This document shows positions 49,801-64,000 of a DNA stretch of 64,000 nucleotides, piece after piece. Under the pieces are notes generated by a model. The model was given only the letters and a program-made list of their open reading frames with translations, was not told the origin of the DNA and did no database searches. The stretch spans positions 1,081,275 through 1,145,274 of the forward strand of contig MU004234.1 of the NCBI GenBank assembly GCA_010405405.1, in the 5' to 3' direction. Source of the stretch: Microthyrium microscopicum (lineage: Eukaryota). Position numbers and translations under genes: made by a program. Position 1 is the first letter of the stretch. Each line of letters opens with the position of its first letter.

Positions 49801-52559
49801 ATTAGGTATTTTTAGTTCTATTAATTATTAAGGTTATTCTACTAGCCTCTATACTAATTCTTTTAACTTCTTACTATATAAATATTTAGTAGAAAGCTAT
49901 AATAGCTAGAAGTAGCAAGAAGAGTACTATTAAAAAAGTAAATATAGTAAAGTTTAAGAGTATTCTAAGTATTACTTAAGAAGAAAAGAGGATAAGTAAA
50001 AAGAGTAATATAAGTAAAGTAAATAGAATATTATAACTAAATAACGTACTTATTAGCTTGCTTATCCTCTTTATTTAGTAAGATTTTTATCTTCCTAATA
50101 TTTAGGTACTATATATTAGCGTAATTTAGACTATAACTACTAATTACCCTATATATTGCTCTTAACTTAGTAGTAGTTCTCTCTAATTACTAAAGAGTCG
50201 TTAGTAACGTTTATATATATATATTACTAAGAAAGGAAGCTATAGTAGCATATAGGCAGATAGTAGAGTAGATCTAGTAGGCCTATTAGACGTTAGACGT
50301 TTACTTCTTACTAAGGTTATTATTAAAGTAAGATACTAGCTAGCTCTCTTAGGTATTACTATCTCTAAATAACTAATAGGTAGTTTTAAGGTTTGTTATT
50401 TCTTGTAATAGATAGACCTAGAAGGCATATATACTAATTAAGGCACTTATTTAAAGACTACCTACGTAGTAAGGTAATAACTCTAGAACCTTACTAAAGT
50501 AGAGTTTAATAAGTATACTATTTATATATTTGTAATTAATTAGTAAGAAAGAGCGTACGTAGGTCTAAATCTAGGCTATTAATATAACTATTTATATTAA
50601 TTAATAAATAGGGAAAGAAACTAACTAGTAAATTTTTATATAGATTTAAACTCTAGCAATACTAGATCTAGTAGCTATAGCTTATATATTACTTTATAGT
50701 ATAATATAAGTAAAGAATTAGGGAAGGTTTAATAGCTATAGTTTCCTTTATATCTAATAGAATATTTGTAACTTATATAAGGTTATAGTATTACTAGCTA
50801 CTTTGATTGCTATAATTACTAGGGAATTAGGTAGTATATACCTACTATAGAAAGGAAGAGGTAATTATAGTAATTTATATATTCTCTCATACTACTATTT
50901 ATATAGAATATTCTTTGCCTACCTCTTAAGTAGACTTGCTCCTTATAGCGATTATAGTTTAGATAAAGTTAAGAAAGGATAGGGCTATAGTAAGGATCTA
51001 TACTTAAGATATATATATAATCCTCTTAACGTAGATATATTATCTACCTTTATAAGTCTCTTTAAGAGGATTAACCTATATAAGAGTACCTTTAGCCTTA
51101 GATGCGTTTTCTACCTTATCTTAGTTTATTTAGAAGTACTTCCTAGAGAAGAAATAGAGGTAGAAGATATATTTATAAGCTTAGAGGCAACGTATTTAGT
51201 ATAAGCATTAATAATAGAACTACTAGATACTTTAGCTTACTCTATATAGGAAGAATTATAATAGTAGCCTACCTAGATAGAACGTTAATCTACCTTCTAT
51301 AAAATTATAGTTAGTACAAATTCTTTAAAGTAGTATGTATAATCTTAACGTTTTTTTATACTTATTCTATATACTTCTTAATATTACTTATATTTTACTT
51401 CTTCTATTACTCTAGTATTTACTATCGCTTCCTACCTACGTGTATTACTATTACCCTCTAGTTAGATTACGTTAATTAAAGCTAAAGTCCTAGTTTAAGT
51501 ATATCCTATGCTCTACTTTTATATTATTATATAACGTATAATCTACGTTAAGCGAAAAGATAATAGAGCTAATATTAGATAGTAACTATCTTTTTTATAG
51601 ATAGTTTTAATATATTATATAAGATATAAATAGGGAAAGGACTAATGCTAGAGCAATAGAGGTTATAGAGAAGTATAGAATAAATATAGATTATAATATA
51701 AATATACGTTAAGTACTTAGGATTTTAGTAAGTACTTAGTAAGATTATATAATAGAGACTTCGCGCGTAATTTAGGTTTATCTTACCTAGTAGGAAATAT
51801 TCTTTTTAAGGAGCTATTTCCTAGCGTTTAGAATGAATAGGAATTATAATTATAGGCTGTTAGTAATTATAGGTTGTTAGTAATTATAGATTATTATTAT
51901 TAGTAGACTACTAGTTAGTTAGGTTAGTAGTAAGGTTAGTTTTATTTTTATCTAATATAATACAATCTAATATTAGAACTTATTAGAAGATCTTAGCTAA
52001 TAAAATACTAAGAATAGTTCTTTACTTTAGTAGTATATAATATAGAGAGTTTAACTTACTCTCTTATAGAGTTTACTATAGAATATTAACTTAATTAAGG
52101 TAAAACTACTTAATAATAACTAGAATAAATATAAGTAGGTATAAGCTAGCAAATAATTTAGTACGTATAATATTAGAGATTCTATTATAATTATTTTATA
52201 TATAGCTATCTAAGGCTTAAAGTTAGTAGAGAATAATAAAGCGATAAGAGAGATTTTAACTTATAGTTAAAGCGTTAGAGCTATTTCTTAATCTATGCCT
52301 AACTTATTATTATACTAGAAAAGAATATATTATTAAGCTAGTATTAGATATAGATATATATCTTATAGCTATATATTCTTCCTTAGGTTTTAGTTTTAGG
52401 CTTATTTACATAAGCTAAACAAGTTATAAATACTTATATATTACTTAGTCGTTGTAATATTTAGGTCTACTGTACTTTTAGCTTATTAATCTTATTTTAA
52501 CGATTAATTATTATATAACTAGCGTAGCTTATTAAGATAATTAAGGCTAATATTTAACT

Positions 52560-53235
52560 TACTAGCTTTAGTAGTTAAACGTTATATAGTTTATAAAGTT
52601 AGTATACTTAGTTAGGCTAGGAATAGTTTATTCTAAGCTTGTTATTCTTTCTTTAGTAGTAAAAGGTTACGAGCTTATAAAGTTAGTATACTTAGCTAGA
52701 CTAGGAATAGTTTGCTCTAAGCTTATTATTCTCACTTTAGTAGTAAAAAGTTATAAGCTTATAAAGTTAGTATACTTAGCTAGGCTAGGAATAGTTTACT
52801 TTAAGCTTATTATTCTCACTCTAGTAGTAGAAGGTTATAAGCTTATAACGTTAGTATACTTAGCTAGACTAGAAATAGTTTGCTTTAAGCTTATTATTCT
52901 CGCCCTAGTAGTAAAAAGTTATAAGCTTATAACGTTAGTATACTTAGCTAGGCTAGGAATAGTTTACTTTAAGCCTATTATTCTTACCTTAGTAGTAGAA
53001 GGTTGCGTAGCTAGTAAAGTCGCTATAGTTAGCTAGGTGGCTAGTATAATAGTAATAGTTTGTTCTAAGCCTATTACTCTTACTTTAGTAGTTAAACGTT
53101 GCGTTATTAGTAAAGCCTTAATAGATAGCTATCGCGTTGAAGTACTATAGCTATAGTTTGTTCTAAGCCTATTATTCTTACTCTAGTAGTTAAACGTTGC
53201 GTTATTAGTAAAGCCTTAATAGATAGCTATTACGT
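52560..53235. repeat. 84-bp tandem repeat, 5 regular units plus degenerate units
   Basis: ATAA(A/C)GTTAGTATACTT at 52593, 52677, 52761, 52845 and 52929 (exact 84-bp period). Confidence 0.9.
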
Positions 53236-55609
53236 TAAAGTGCGTCGTAAAGCTATTAGAAGTAGTAAATATAGCAAGTTTATACTAGTTGCTAGTTAGT
53301 AAGAATATATTAGCTATTACTATACTATTAGGAATAAAGGCCTAGTATATTATTAGTTATAAACTAATATAGTTAGCTAAGGAGGTACTACTTATATTAA
53401 GACTTCTAACTACTTAAAGCCTATAGTTAGATAAGTTATAGTAGAGCTAGAAATAATATAGAATTAGTGTCTTTCTCTTATAGAGAGAGGTTAGAACTTT
53501 AATATTAGAAGTAATATTTAGAGCATTCTATAAAGGTTATCTTATATAGTAACCTTTAAGTTTAAAGACATCCTATTAGTTTATATCTTTAAATATCTTC
53601 TAATATCTTATTAGAATATAAAAGATTTATAATTAAATAGTAATAACTTTACTAGATTATACTTTTTTAACTTCTTAATATAAGTAAGATATACTAATCT
53701 TTACTACTTTAATTGTTAGTACCTTGTCTAAATATAGTATACTATATTTAAGTAGCTCTAAGTTTCTTACTTAGACCTTAGTTATTATAGTAGATTAAGG
53801 CATTAAGACTAGAGTTTACTAGATTATATTAAGTAGATATAACTTTAATTAGTCTATATACTATTATTGCTTTTAGTAGAAGTATGGCTACGTTTAAGTA
53901 GAGATATTTCTTAATAAAGTAGTAGATAATATATTTAAATTTTTAAGGTTTAAAAGGCTAAACTATTAGAAGTAATATTAAAGCCTAGAGTAACTCTATA
54001 TCTAATAGAAGGAAGCTAATAAATCGTATATATTTAATTACTTAATCTTTTTAATGTTTAACTTCTTCTACTTCTTCTTCTTTAATATATATCTATATAG
54101 AATATTAGTAGAAGAGTTAATAAATAACTAATATACTTTACTAAATACTCCTATATTATAAGATAAGTTATTTTTATATCTTTTAGCCTTAATATTAAGC
54201 TTTATACCCTCTTTAATCTATTATAATAAGTTTAAAGACGTGCTAAAAGGTAGTATATTAACTCGTTATAATAATCTAGTATAGAGTATGCGTATTTACT
54301 AAGTAAGTCATTAAAGTAGTATTTATGCTTTAGTACTTCCTTTAAGTGCTATAGGAAACCCTTTAGAACTTAATTATAGTATAGTCCTCTCGTAAAAGCT
54401 TTTGCTAGGTCTTAGAATAATATTTGTTAATAAGCTTAAAAGGTCGTTAATAGAGGCTATAAGCTCGTTAGGGATTTAACTAGGTATTAGTATAGCAATT
54501 AGAGTTAATAAGCTTATAAGAATATTGCCACAAGCTATTTATTATTTTGTCTTATGAATACTAGGGGCAGTCTTTATTAGTTATATTATTTTAATATTAG
54601 AACTAAGGACTTATAGGTATCCTAAGGATATCTCTATACCTTAATCTACTTATAGGTATTATAAATAGTATTACGTTCTGGACGCTATAATTTAAAGACT
54701 TTGTCTACGTATAAAGCACTTACTACGTTATAATATTATTAGCTATAGTTTTAAGAATAGCTACGCTAAAAGGGTTAGCGTCTAAAAACTAATTCTATAA
54801 TAGATTATAGAACTTCTTCTTGTAAACTAATAATAATAAATGTATCTTTAATTATTATTAGTAAGTTAAGGAATACGCCATAGTATATATGCTTTACTTT
54901 GCTATATCTAGGATTATTAAGGGAAAAAGAATAAGTATACTATTAGCTATTGCTTAGTTTATAGTATATAAGATTAAATAGGGCTTAGATAGGCATACTA
55001 TAGTAATTAAATTTAACTATAAAGATCTTATCTTTAGCTATTATAAGTAGTACTAGTTTAGTATAGAGACTTAATATTTCTAATTCTCTAGATTATAATA
55101 GCGTTAGTATATAGAAAAACTACGTTTAATATATTAGAAGGATAATACTTACTTTAAACTCTAAACTTTAAATATTATAATATTAATATCTATTCCTAGA
55201 GAATTAGGGCTTGCTAGTTTATAAAATAGTATTATAATCTTGCGTTAAAGAATACTTAAATAAGAAGATATAGCTTTTAAGAAGTTTTATACTATAGTTT
55301 AATATAAAGAAAAGATAGAAATAGATTTAGTATATAAGTATTTAACTACGTAAGTAATTTAGAATATAAGTTTTTAAAATAGAAAGAAATATAGCTAACG
55401 AAAGAGCTAGTAAATAGTAATATAATTAATTATATAATCTACTATTATAACTCTAGGGAATAAGGATATTTAGGAAGAAATAAATAATACGCGCTACTAG
55501 GCTACTTATTATATTACTTAGACTTTAATAAAGATATACCTTTAAATATAGCGCTAAAGAAAAAAGGAGTCTTATTATCGTTAGATACTTTACTATATTT
55601 CTTAAAGGA

Positions 55610-56110
55610 CTATAATAAGGAAGTATTTAGTAGTAATACTATAAAAAATAAGCGTAAGTAAAGATAAGTAGTATACTATATCTCTTAATAGTCTATAATA
55701 AAAAAGTATTTAGTAGTAGTACTAAGAAAAATAAGCGTAAGTAAGGGTAGATAGTATACTATATCTCTTAATAGTCTATAATAAAGAAATATTTAGTAGT
55801 AGTACTAAGAAAAATAAGCGTAAATAAAGATAAATAATATACTATGTCTCTTAATATTTAAGAATAGAAAGATATTTAGTAGCGATCTAAAGGAAAAATA
55901 AGTACAAGTTATAGTATATAATATATAGTATCTCTTAATATTTAAGAGTAAGAAGATATTTAGTAGCAGTTTAAAGGAAAAATAAGTATAAGTTATAGTA
56001 TATAATATATAGTATTTCTTAATATTTAAGAGTAAGAAGATATTTAGTAGCGATCTAAAGGAAAAATAAGTATAAGTTATAGTATATAATATATAGTGTT
56101 TCTTAATAGT
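55610..56110. repeat. 83-84 bp tandem array, 6 units in two subtypes
   Basis: TATTTAGTAG at 55624, 55707, 55790, 55873, 55957 and 56041. Confidence 0.88.
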
Positions 56111-56289
56111 TAATAAGTTAGTAATAACTTATAGTAAGTACTAAGAAATAGGAAATATACGTATTATTAGCTACTAAAATACTAGTTAATAGCTTATAAT
56201 AAGAGCTTTATTTAAGGTAATCTTTACTACGCTAGGGAGTATATATTTATAGTTAATATATTAGTTTACTATTAGGCATTAAGGAGGTT

Positions 56290-57425
56290 TTAGTAGTAGT
56301 ATTTAGAAGGAAGATATAGTCTTATATTGTGTAAATAATACTATTAGAAGAATACTAGCAAGTAGACTTTTAGTAGCAATCTTTAAAGAGTAAGATATAT
56401 TCTTATATTATATAAATAATACTATTAGAAGAAGGCTAGTAAGTAGACTTTTAGTAATAGTCTTTAGGGAGTAAGATATAGTCTTATATTATATAAATAA
56501 TACTATTAGAAGAATGCTAGTAAGTAGACTTTTAGTAGTAATCTTTAGGGAGTAAGATATATTCTTATATTATATAAATAATACTATTAGAAGAAAGCTA
56601 GCAAGTAGACTTTTGGCAGTAGTCTTTAGGAAGTAAGATATAGTCTTATATTATATAAATAATACTATTAGAAGAACGCTAATAAGTAAACTTTTGGCAG
56701 CAATCTTTAGGAAGTAAGATATATTCTTATATTATGTAAATAATACTATTAGAAGAAGGCTAGTAAGTAGACTTTTAGTAGTAGTTTTTAAGGAGCAAGA
56801 TATAGTCTTATATTATATAAATAATACTATTAGAAGAAGGCTAGTAAGTAGATATTTAGTAATAGTCTTTAGAGAGGGATATAATAGTGTTTAGCGTAGC
56901 GAATCATATTCTTAGAATAAAGCTAGTAAGCGAATTTTGGTAATAGTCTTTAGGGAGAGATATAATAGTATTTAGCGTAGCAAATTATATTCTTAGAATG
57001 AAGCTAGCAAGCGGATTTTGGCGATAGTCTTTAGGGAGGGATATAATAGTATTTAGCGTAGTGAATCATATTCTTAGAATAAAGCTAGTAAGTAGATTTT
57101 GGTAACAGTCTTTAGGGAGGGATATAATAGTATTTAGCGTAGCGAATTATATTCTTGGAATGAAGCTAGCGAGCGGATTTTTGACGATAGTCTTTAGGGA
57201 GGGATATATAGTATTTAGCGCGCGAATCGTGTTCTTGGAATGAAGCTAGCAAGCGGATTTTTGGCAGTAGTCTTTAGGGAGGGATGTATGGTATTTAGCG
57301 CGTGAATTGTGTTTTTAGAATAAAGTTAGTAAGTGGATTTTTGGTGGTAGTCTTTAGGAAGGAATGTATAGTATTTAGTATGTAAATTATACTCTTGGAA
57401 TAAAGCTAGTAAGTAAACTTTAAGA
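56290..57425. repeat. 80-82 bp tandem array, ~14 units in two subtypes
   Basis: TCTTTAGG-like anchor at 56300, 56380, 56461, 56542, 56623, 56704, 56785, 56866, 56947, 57028, 57109, 57191, 57271 and 57351. Confidence 0.93.
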
Positions 57426-60400
57426 AAGAGAATGCTTATATTAAGTTAAGGATGCTACTTAATAGCTAATATTATAATAAGACTTTTAAGTACGTATAAG
57501 GCTTTAGAAAAGATTATACTATATACTTAAATCTAGTGTACTAATATATAATAAAATTAGCTTTATAACTTTGCCTTTAGCTTTTAAGGAAATATTAGTA
57601 CTATCTTGTAATAAGTAGGAATATATATTATAATATAAATTAGTTGTTGCTTTAGACGTAGAAGATATTAACATTAGCTAGCTTTATAAGATAAAGAATA
57701 TAGGGATGCTAATAGCTAGAAAGATTATAATATAGATAATAAGGAAGTTATATATAAGCCATAGGTATAAGTAACGCTAATTATACTTAGTCTTAAACTA
57801 TAGTTATTAAAGTGAATTGTATTGTAATAGAAAGTATAAATATTAAAGTTAGGTGTATTAGTATAAAGTTAAAAAGACTTTAAAGTTACAATGCAATATT
57901 AGGTATTATACGCTAATAATTAAGTCTTACTAAGAGCTATTTAATTAGACTAATATCTTTATATAACTTAAAATATTATTTAAGAATGTCTTATATTATC
58001 TAAAAGTAGTTAAGTGTATCTTAGTTTACTTGTTTAGAGTAGAACCTTAAATCTAGCTTTGCTTAAATACTACTAGCTTTATAACTTATTGCTATACCTT
58101 TTATCTTTATAATCTAGTTTTATTCTATAGATAATATATAGGTACTTAGAATTATCTTCTCTTTTATTATAAATATAATAATTATAAGGTAAAGTTAATA
58201 ATAAGCTCTAGAGTATATCTTTAAATATTAGGTTACCTATTAAGCTAAAGCAAGCTATTAATATACTAATAAGAGTAATAGTACTACTAGTTTCTAGTAT
58301 AGAGCTCTAAGTAATTATAATTAGAGTAGATTTATAAAATAGTTTAACTTATAGACTAATATAGACTAGCTAGTATTTAGATATATAACTTACTATTATC
58401 TTATTCTAAAGGAAAGAGATTTTAAAAATCTCTTTTTAACTTTATAACGTTAACTTCTAAAAGCATTACTACTTAGTAGTAGTTTAAGATATTCTAATAG
58501 TAAGTTAGTAAGGGACTTTACTATATTATTAAATAGCTTATATTTATTATATTATTTAAGATATAATCTATAGCTTAGCTCTATTACTACTAGATATAGT
58601 TAGCTAAAATAAGGAATATTTAACTAGGATATAATTTACTAATATAGCTTATATGCTACTATACTAATTAGGCTCTATAGATTAAGACAAGATAAGCTAA
58701 AAATAAGAATTACTTAATCTAAATTTATAAGCACAGTATAGTTAGTCATAGATTACCTATCTCATTTATAGTTAAGAAGTATATTATTACTTATACTTTA
58801 AGAATATAAGTAGAGTTATAGAATTTAGTAATAGCTTATAGGTATATAAGCTTATTAGCAAGTAGCAACGTAGTATTAAAAATAATAGAAATTCTCTAAG
58901 TCTAGTCTTAAAAGATTAAACAAGAATTATTATTTATCTATCTTTAGGTAAATAATATATATCTTATAGGAAATTATTATTATAGTCATTAGTTAAACTA
59001 AACCTTTTTAAATAGCTATATTTTAAGTTTCTACTTCTTTAATTACTATCTTGTATTATTTAGTCTTTTATAACTTCTATTTTTCTTTACTAGCAATAAA
59101 GTAAGTAATTTGCTAAGATATAAATTTACTAAAGTCTTCCTTAGCCTTTCTAGTCTTTATAACATTAGGACATAGCTTAGGCGCTAATTACTTATTATCT
59201 TTATAAAAGGAGCAAGTCTTATAATATCCTTCTATAATATAATTTATATAGGTATTTTTAAATAGAACGCTTTTATTCTTAACTTTTATAATTATATAGG
59301 TAGTATATACTAATATTAGTTCTTTACTATTCTTTATTTAGAATAGACTAAGACTTTAAATTTTAGAGTAACGCTAATAAGAGTATTTAACCTAACTTAT
59401 AGTAAAGCAATATACTATTATAGTATATAATAAAGGTAGTATCTTAAGAATATTTATAAGCTAAGGAGTAGAACGTTTATATTATTATAGACCTTATACT
59501 AATTAGTATTTAAGGAGTGCTTAAAGCATTATTAGATTAGTATTATTAGGAATTTATTTTTAGAGTAGGTAGAAGAGTAGTTATATAACTTAGATATTAG
59601 TAGTTTTAGTACAATTATTAAAGATAGATACTTTTATATTATTAAATATATATTACTTCTCTAAGAATTATAGAACTAGGACCTAAAGGTCTACTTTTAG
59701 CGTTAACTTCTTATTCGTAAATAATTTAGAGGATAATAATAGCTTCTTAACTATAACTTAAGTTAGAGAAGTTATTAGACTTTTAAGTAATACTATAGTC
59801 TTTATATTATTTTACGATAAAGTTATAGAGCTTATATTAGTTATATTACCTTAAGTGCTTTAATATACGCATACTTAACTATAAGTAGTCTCCTCTATAA
59901 TAGGTTCTAAGTTATTTACTTAGCATTTTTAGCGTGCCTTTTTCTATTATTTTGCTATTTCTACTTCGCTACTAGCTATATAGTACCTCTTCTACTAAAT
60001 TTATAAATTTCCTTTATAGGTACTATATAGAAGCATTATATTATTATAGTAGTAACTTATTATAGTTATTAGTAATTCTTTATAATCTAGGGTTAGCTAT
60101 ACTTCTTCTCCTTTTAGAGGAGGAATAAATCTATATTTAAAATCTCTTTCTATCGTAGTAGTATCCTCTTTATTATAAACTAGTATTAATAAATAATTAT
60201 AATTATAATAGCTCTTATCTTTTTTAATTAATTATTTAATAGAAGTAGAAGCCTAGTTTTTATCGCTTTGTATAGATAACGTAGTAAGTTAATTTATTAT
60301 TTTACTAGTAAGAGTAACTATAGCTAGCTAGGCCTAGTTAGGCTTTTAAGGAGTTTATAGTAATTATGCTAATATTTCTTAATGAGGATGTTTTTTATTA

Positions 60401-61109
60401 TGAAATTAGGAATTAGTAAAAGGTAGAGATATCTATAGTAATTAGATTAGAGTAGTTTAATGGCTTACTAAACATACTTAGTTTAGATTTATAGACTACT
60501 TAATTAAAGTAGCTTATTAAGTAGATTTTAGTAATAAGGATTTATTTAAGTTTAGGGTAATTAAGTCTTTAGTAGAGCTTCTAGGTATTTTTAGTATGCT
60601 TAAAGTAGTTATAGTATACTTAATATTAAAGCTTATAGATATATGCTTTAGAGCTATTATTATAAGTTTTAGTAGAAGAAATTATATCTTATAGTTATTT
60701 AAAGTATTCTTTAAATATAGGAGTATAAAGAAGAAGAAGAAGTAAAGAAGTTAATAGATTAAGAGATTAAATAAACTATAAACGTAGGCTCTTACTATTA
60801 AGCCTAAAATTGCTCTATTATAAGAAGTTACTACTTTGCTTAATTACTAAAGCTTTAGCCTTTAAGGCTTTAGAGCTTTAAAGCGCTTAGCTAGTTTAGT
60901 CCTCTCTTACTATATATAAATGCATCTTATAATTATTACTATCTTACTTACTTTATTAGTAAATTACTAACTACTATATTATAATAGGCATATCCTAAAG
61001 GAATAAAGACGCCTAACTATATAGTTAATATTTAATAGTATTTTAGGTAGCTAGCACTAATAATGTTTAAGCTCTTCTAGATTACGTAGTTTTAGTTTTA
61101 TAAGTACTA

Positions 61110-61470
61110 TAACTATTAGTATAAAGAATACTATTTTATTGTTAGAATAGGTAATAAGGAGAATAATACGCTTATTATAAAGGATAAAAGGTATAGTAGA
61201 TATTTTATAGGCGTAAAGAATATTACTTTATTAGTAAGATAAGTAATAAGTAGTATAATGCGTTTCTTTTAGAGAGCAAAATATATAATAGATATTTTTA
61301 TAACGTAAAGAGTATTACTTTATTAGTAGGATAGGTAATAAGAAGCACGATACACTTATTTTAGAGGGTAGGATATCTAATAGATGTTTTTATAACGTAA
61401 AGAGTATTACGTTATTAGCGAAATAGGCAATAAAGAGTATAATGCGCTTATTTTGGAGGGTAGGAGACGC
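61110..61470. repeat. 92-bp tandem array, ~4 units
   Basis: CGTAAAGA anchor at 61212, 61304 and 61396, with a degenerate unit at ~61120. Confidence 0.85.
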
Positions 61471-64000
61471 CTTATAATTCTTCTTAAAGCTATATAGAGT
61501 CTATATTTTTATAATAATATACTATTATAGTTATTAGCTTGCTAGATATACTTATAGTAGTTATTATAAGCTAGTTAGTAGTTCTTATTAGCTAAGGAAA
61601 AGATAGTATAGAGAGTAGTAGTACTTAGATTAGATAGATATTTTAAAGGCGCAAAGAGAATAGTAGAAGTATTAGTAAGGGTATAGAATTTAAATATTAG
61701 CGTAAGAAATAAGAAAGGTAGTTTATAAGATAGAGAATAGAAAATGTAGGGGCAAAGACTAGTAAGGATTAGAAGTTAATATAGTATTAAAAATTAATAA
61801 GTTAGGAACTAGATAAGATATAGACTATATAATTAGAACTAAGGTAAATAATTAGCTTAGAAGTAATAATATTATCTAAGATCTTAAAAGATTATTATAT
61901 AACTCCGTTTATCTAACTAGATTTAGTAAGATTAATATTAGCGTATAGATCTCTTACTATAACCTTCTAAATTCTAGTAACTACTACTTCTTAATTCTTA
62001 TACTAGTATTTATATAATATAAAATATCTATACTTATTTTATATACTATGTCTCTATTAGCTATTATACTATAATAGATAAGCCTACTAGATGGAACTAC
62101 TATCTTATAGAAATATCTTTAATTATAAATAACTTTTTATTTAATTTACTATTAGTATAATTATAACGTAGAATATTTTTACTATAAAAGGATTAGATCG
62201 CTTTACTAACTCCTTTTATAGATTAATTAAATAGAAATAAACTGTCTCTTCTCTCTAGCCTACTATATATTCCTTCAACTTACTATATATCTAATTTAGG
62301 AATACTTTATACTCTAAAATAAGAGCTTTATTATCTAGATAATTAGTATTACTACGTTATACGTAAGAAGCTTATTATAATATTAATTTATATATTTCTA
62401 TTAGCAAAATAATAAATTTATAATAGGTGCTGCCCTTAACTACTAGCTGGCTACTAGCTATATATAAGATTAACTATTAAGTTAACTATTATCTCTTATA
62501 TTAATACTAACCACATTTAATTATTAGCTGGCTTATTGCTTCTTTTGGATTGCTTGCTAAATATTTCGTTAATTTCTAGAAGTTAGTAACGATTATACAA
62601 AATATATATTTAGTAGTACTTCTATATAAAGTCTTTTTACTAAATATCTTATTAATGTCTTGATACTAGTAGTAATTTTATAAAATACGCTACTAGTAAT
62701 ATGTTTATTAAAAGCTTAATCGTTAAATTCTTTATTAGTTACTAAATATTAGAGGTAACAACGTAAAATATAAAAGTAGTAATACCTTCTATTAGAAGCT
62801 ATAGTTTATATACTATATTAACCTTTAAATATTAAGGATAATAATATAGAATCTATACTTAGTATTACTTACTATCTAGAACTATTGCTATAGAGGGTAT
62901 CTTATCTAACTAATATTAGTAGTAATTGTATAGAATCTCTTTTTAAGTAATACTTCTTAGTAAAAGAGCCATATTAGTTAAAATTACTTTTAGTAATTGT
63001 TTATAATAACTAGATAGTAGAATTAAAGAGTATAATTTATAAGGCTTATTCTCTACTCTAGTTAATATATTATTTATTTTTATTAAGTTAATAATATCTC
63101 TTATAGTTTAGTAGCTATAGATTATAGAAATCTTAGCTTTCTTTAGATAAAGACATCCTATAGTATATTCTTACGTATAAACTATATATAGTCTTATTAC
63201 TATCTACTTTATATTATTATATAAGATATAGCGCTTTATTAAAGTCTAAAACTATATAATTATATTAGACGATAATATAGAGATTTAATATATTTAATAA
63301 TGTTATAATTATAAAGAATAATATTAGAAAAATTTAAGTTTATAAGCTAGTATTATCTTCCTTAGCTATAACTAATAAGTAAGTAAAGCCTTTAAAGTAC
63401 TACTATATAGAATCTTATTAGTTATTACCTTCTACTTATATTATCTTTAGTAACTAAACTAAAGCTAAATCTAGAGCTACTAGATATTAATAGTAGCTAG
63501 AGCTAGTAAATATTATTTAACTATAATTATATCTAATAATTATAACTATATACTTCCTTATAGGTTAAGTATAGCTAGAAGATTAGCTATATTAAAGAAA
63601 GGAGCGTAAAATATTAGTAGTAAGAGGCTAGTATTAATTATTAGAACTAATCTAGGTAGCGCGGTACTATAAACTTATTCTTCGTCTCCTAAGGCAGGTA
63701 GATAAGGAATAACGTCTTTAAAATTATAGTATACGCTATTTTATATATAGTACGTATATTAACTATTTTAATATTTAGGAAAGTTAACGTACCTTATTAT
63801 TACTAGCTAGTTAATTTAGGACTAAGAATAAGGAACTACTACTAGGTAATAGAATAAGTATTAGGTATATTTTTAATTAGCTATATAGTATTTCTTATAA
63901 CTATATAAGACTATAGCTTTAATAAAAATATTAGCAATCTTAGTATTAGACTACTAAAAGATTTAAGAAAATAAGTCTATTATTAGGTATAAGATACTAG

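Larger units (their letters stand above)
44750..64000. mobile_element. AT-rich RIP-mutated repeat/transposon block, continuing past the window end
   Basis: Abrupt AT shift; CpA/TpG almost absent, TpA in large excess, CpG partly retained. Only one 61-aa ORF is listed inside it. Confidence 0.92.

Noticed and set aside
56290..57425. CRISPR-like repeat/spacer appearance of the 81-bp array
   Set aside because: The variable halves are near-identical between neighbouring units rather than unique spacers; the genome is eukaryotic and no cas genes are present.
48300..64000. Starship captain (DUF3435), RecQ-like helicase or retrotransposon pol motifs
   Set aside because: Searched parts by eye with de-RIP reading and found no convincing motif; absence is not proven.

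Overview
Eukaryotic DNA from a filamentous ascomycete (Pezizomycotina-type), judged from short 47-61 nt GT-AG introns with CTRAC branch sites, a HET-domain gene and RIP. Positions 1-~44,750 are gene-dense and GC-balanced, with about 16 supportable genes: MNN9/ANP1-family mannosyltransferase, a coiled-coil hypothetical protein, DNA ligase IV, an orphan membrane protein tail-to-tail with a HET-domain gene, a mitochondrial IF3-like protein that appears to carry three tandem IF3-C domains, a Pex24p-family peroxin, a Pom1/DYRK kinase, a histidine phosphatase, an AAA ATPase with a 9-nt micro-exon, a Ctr copper transporter, FAM32A, VPS2, FZO1, a non-GPI GH76 and viperin. This part also holds a 221-bp MITE (TIRs plus 5-bp TSD) and a truncated second copy. 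At ~44,750 the sequence switches abruptly to a >19 kb AT-rich, heavily RIP-mutated block that runs off the window end. The block begins with a decodable DUF6589/Academ-type DDE transposase relic and continues with undecodable ORF relics separated by several distinct 80-92 bp tandem arrays. All family assignments come from motif recognition by eye, not database searches.
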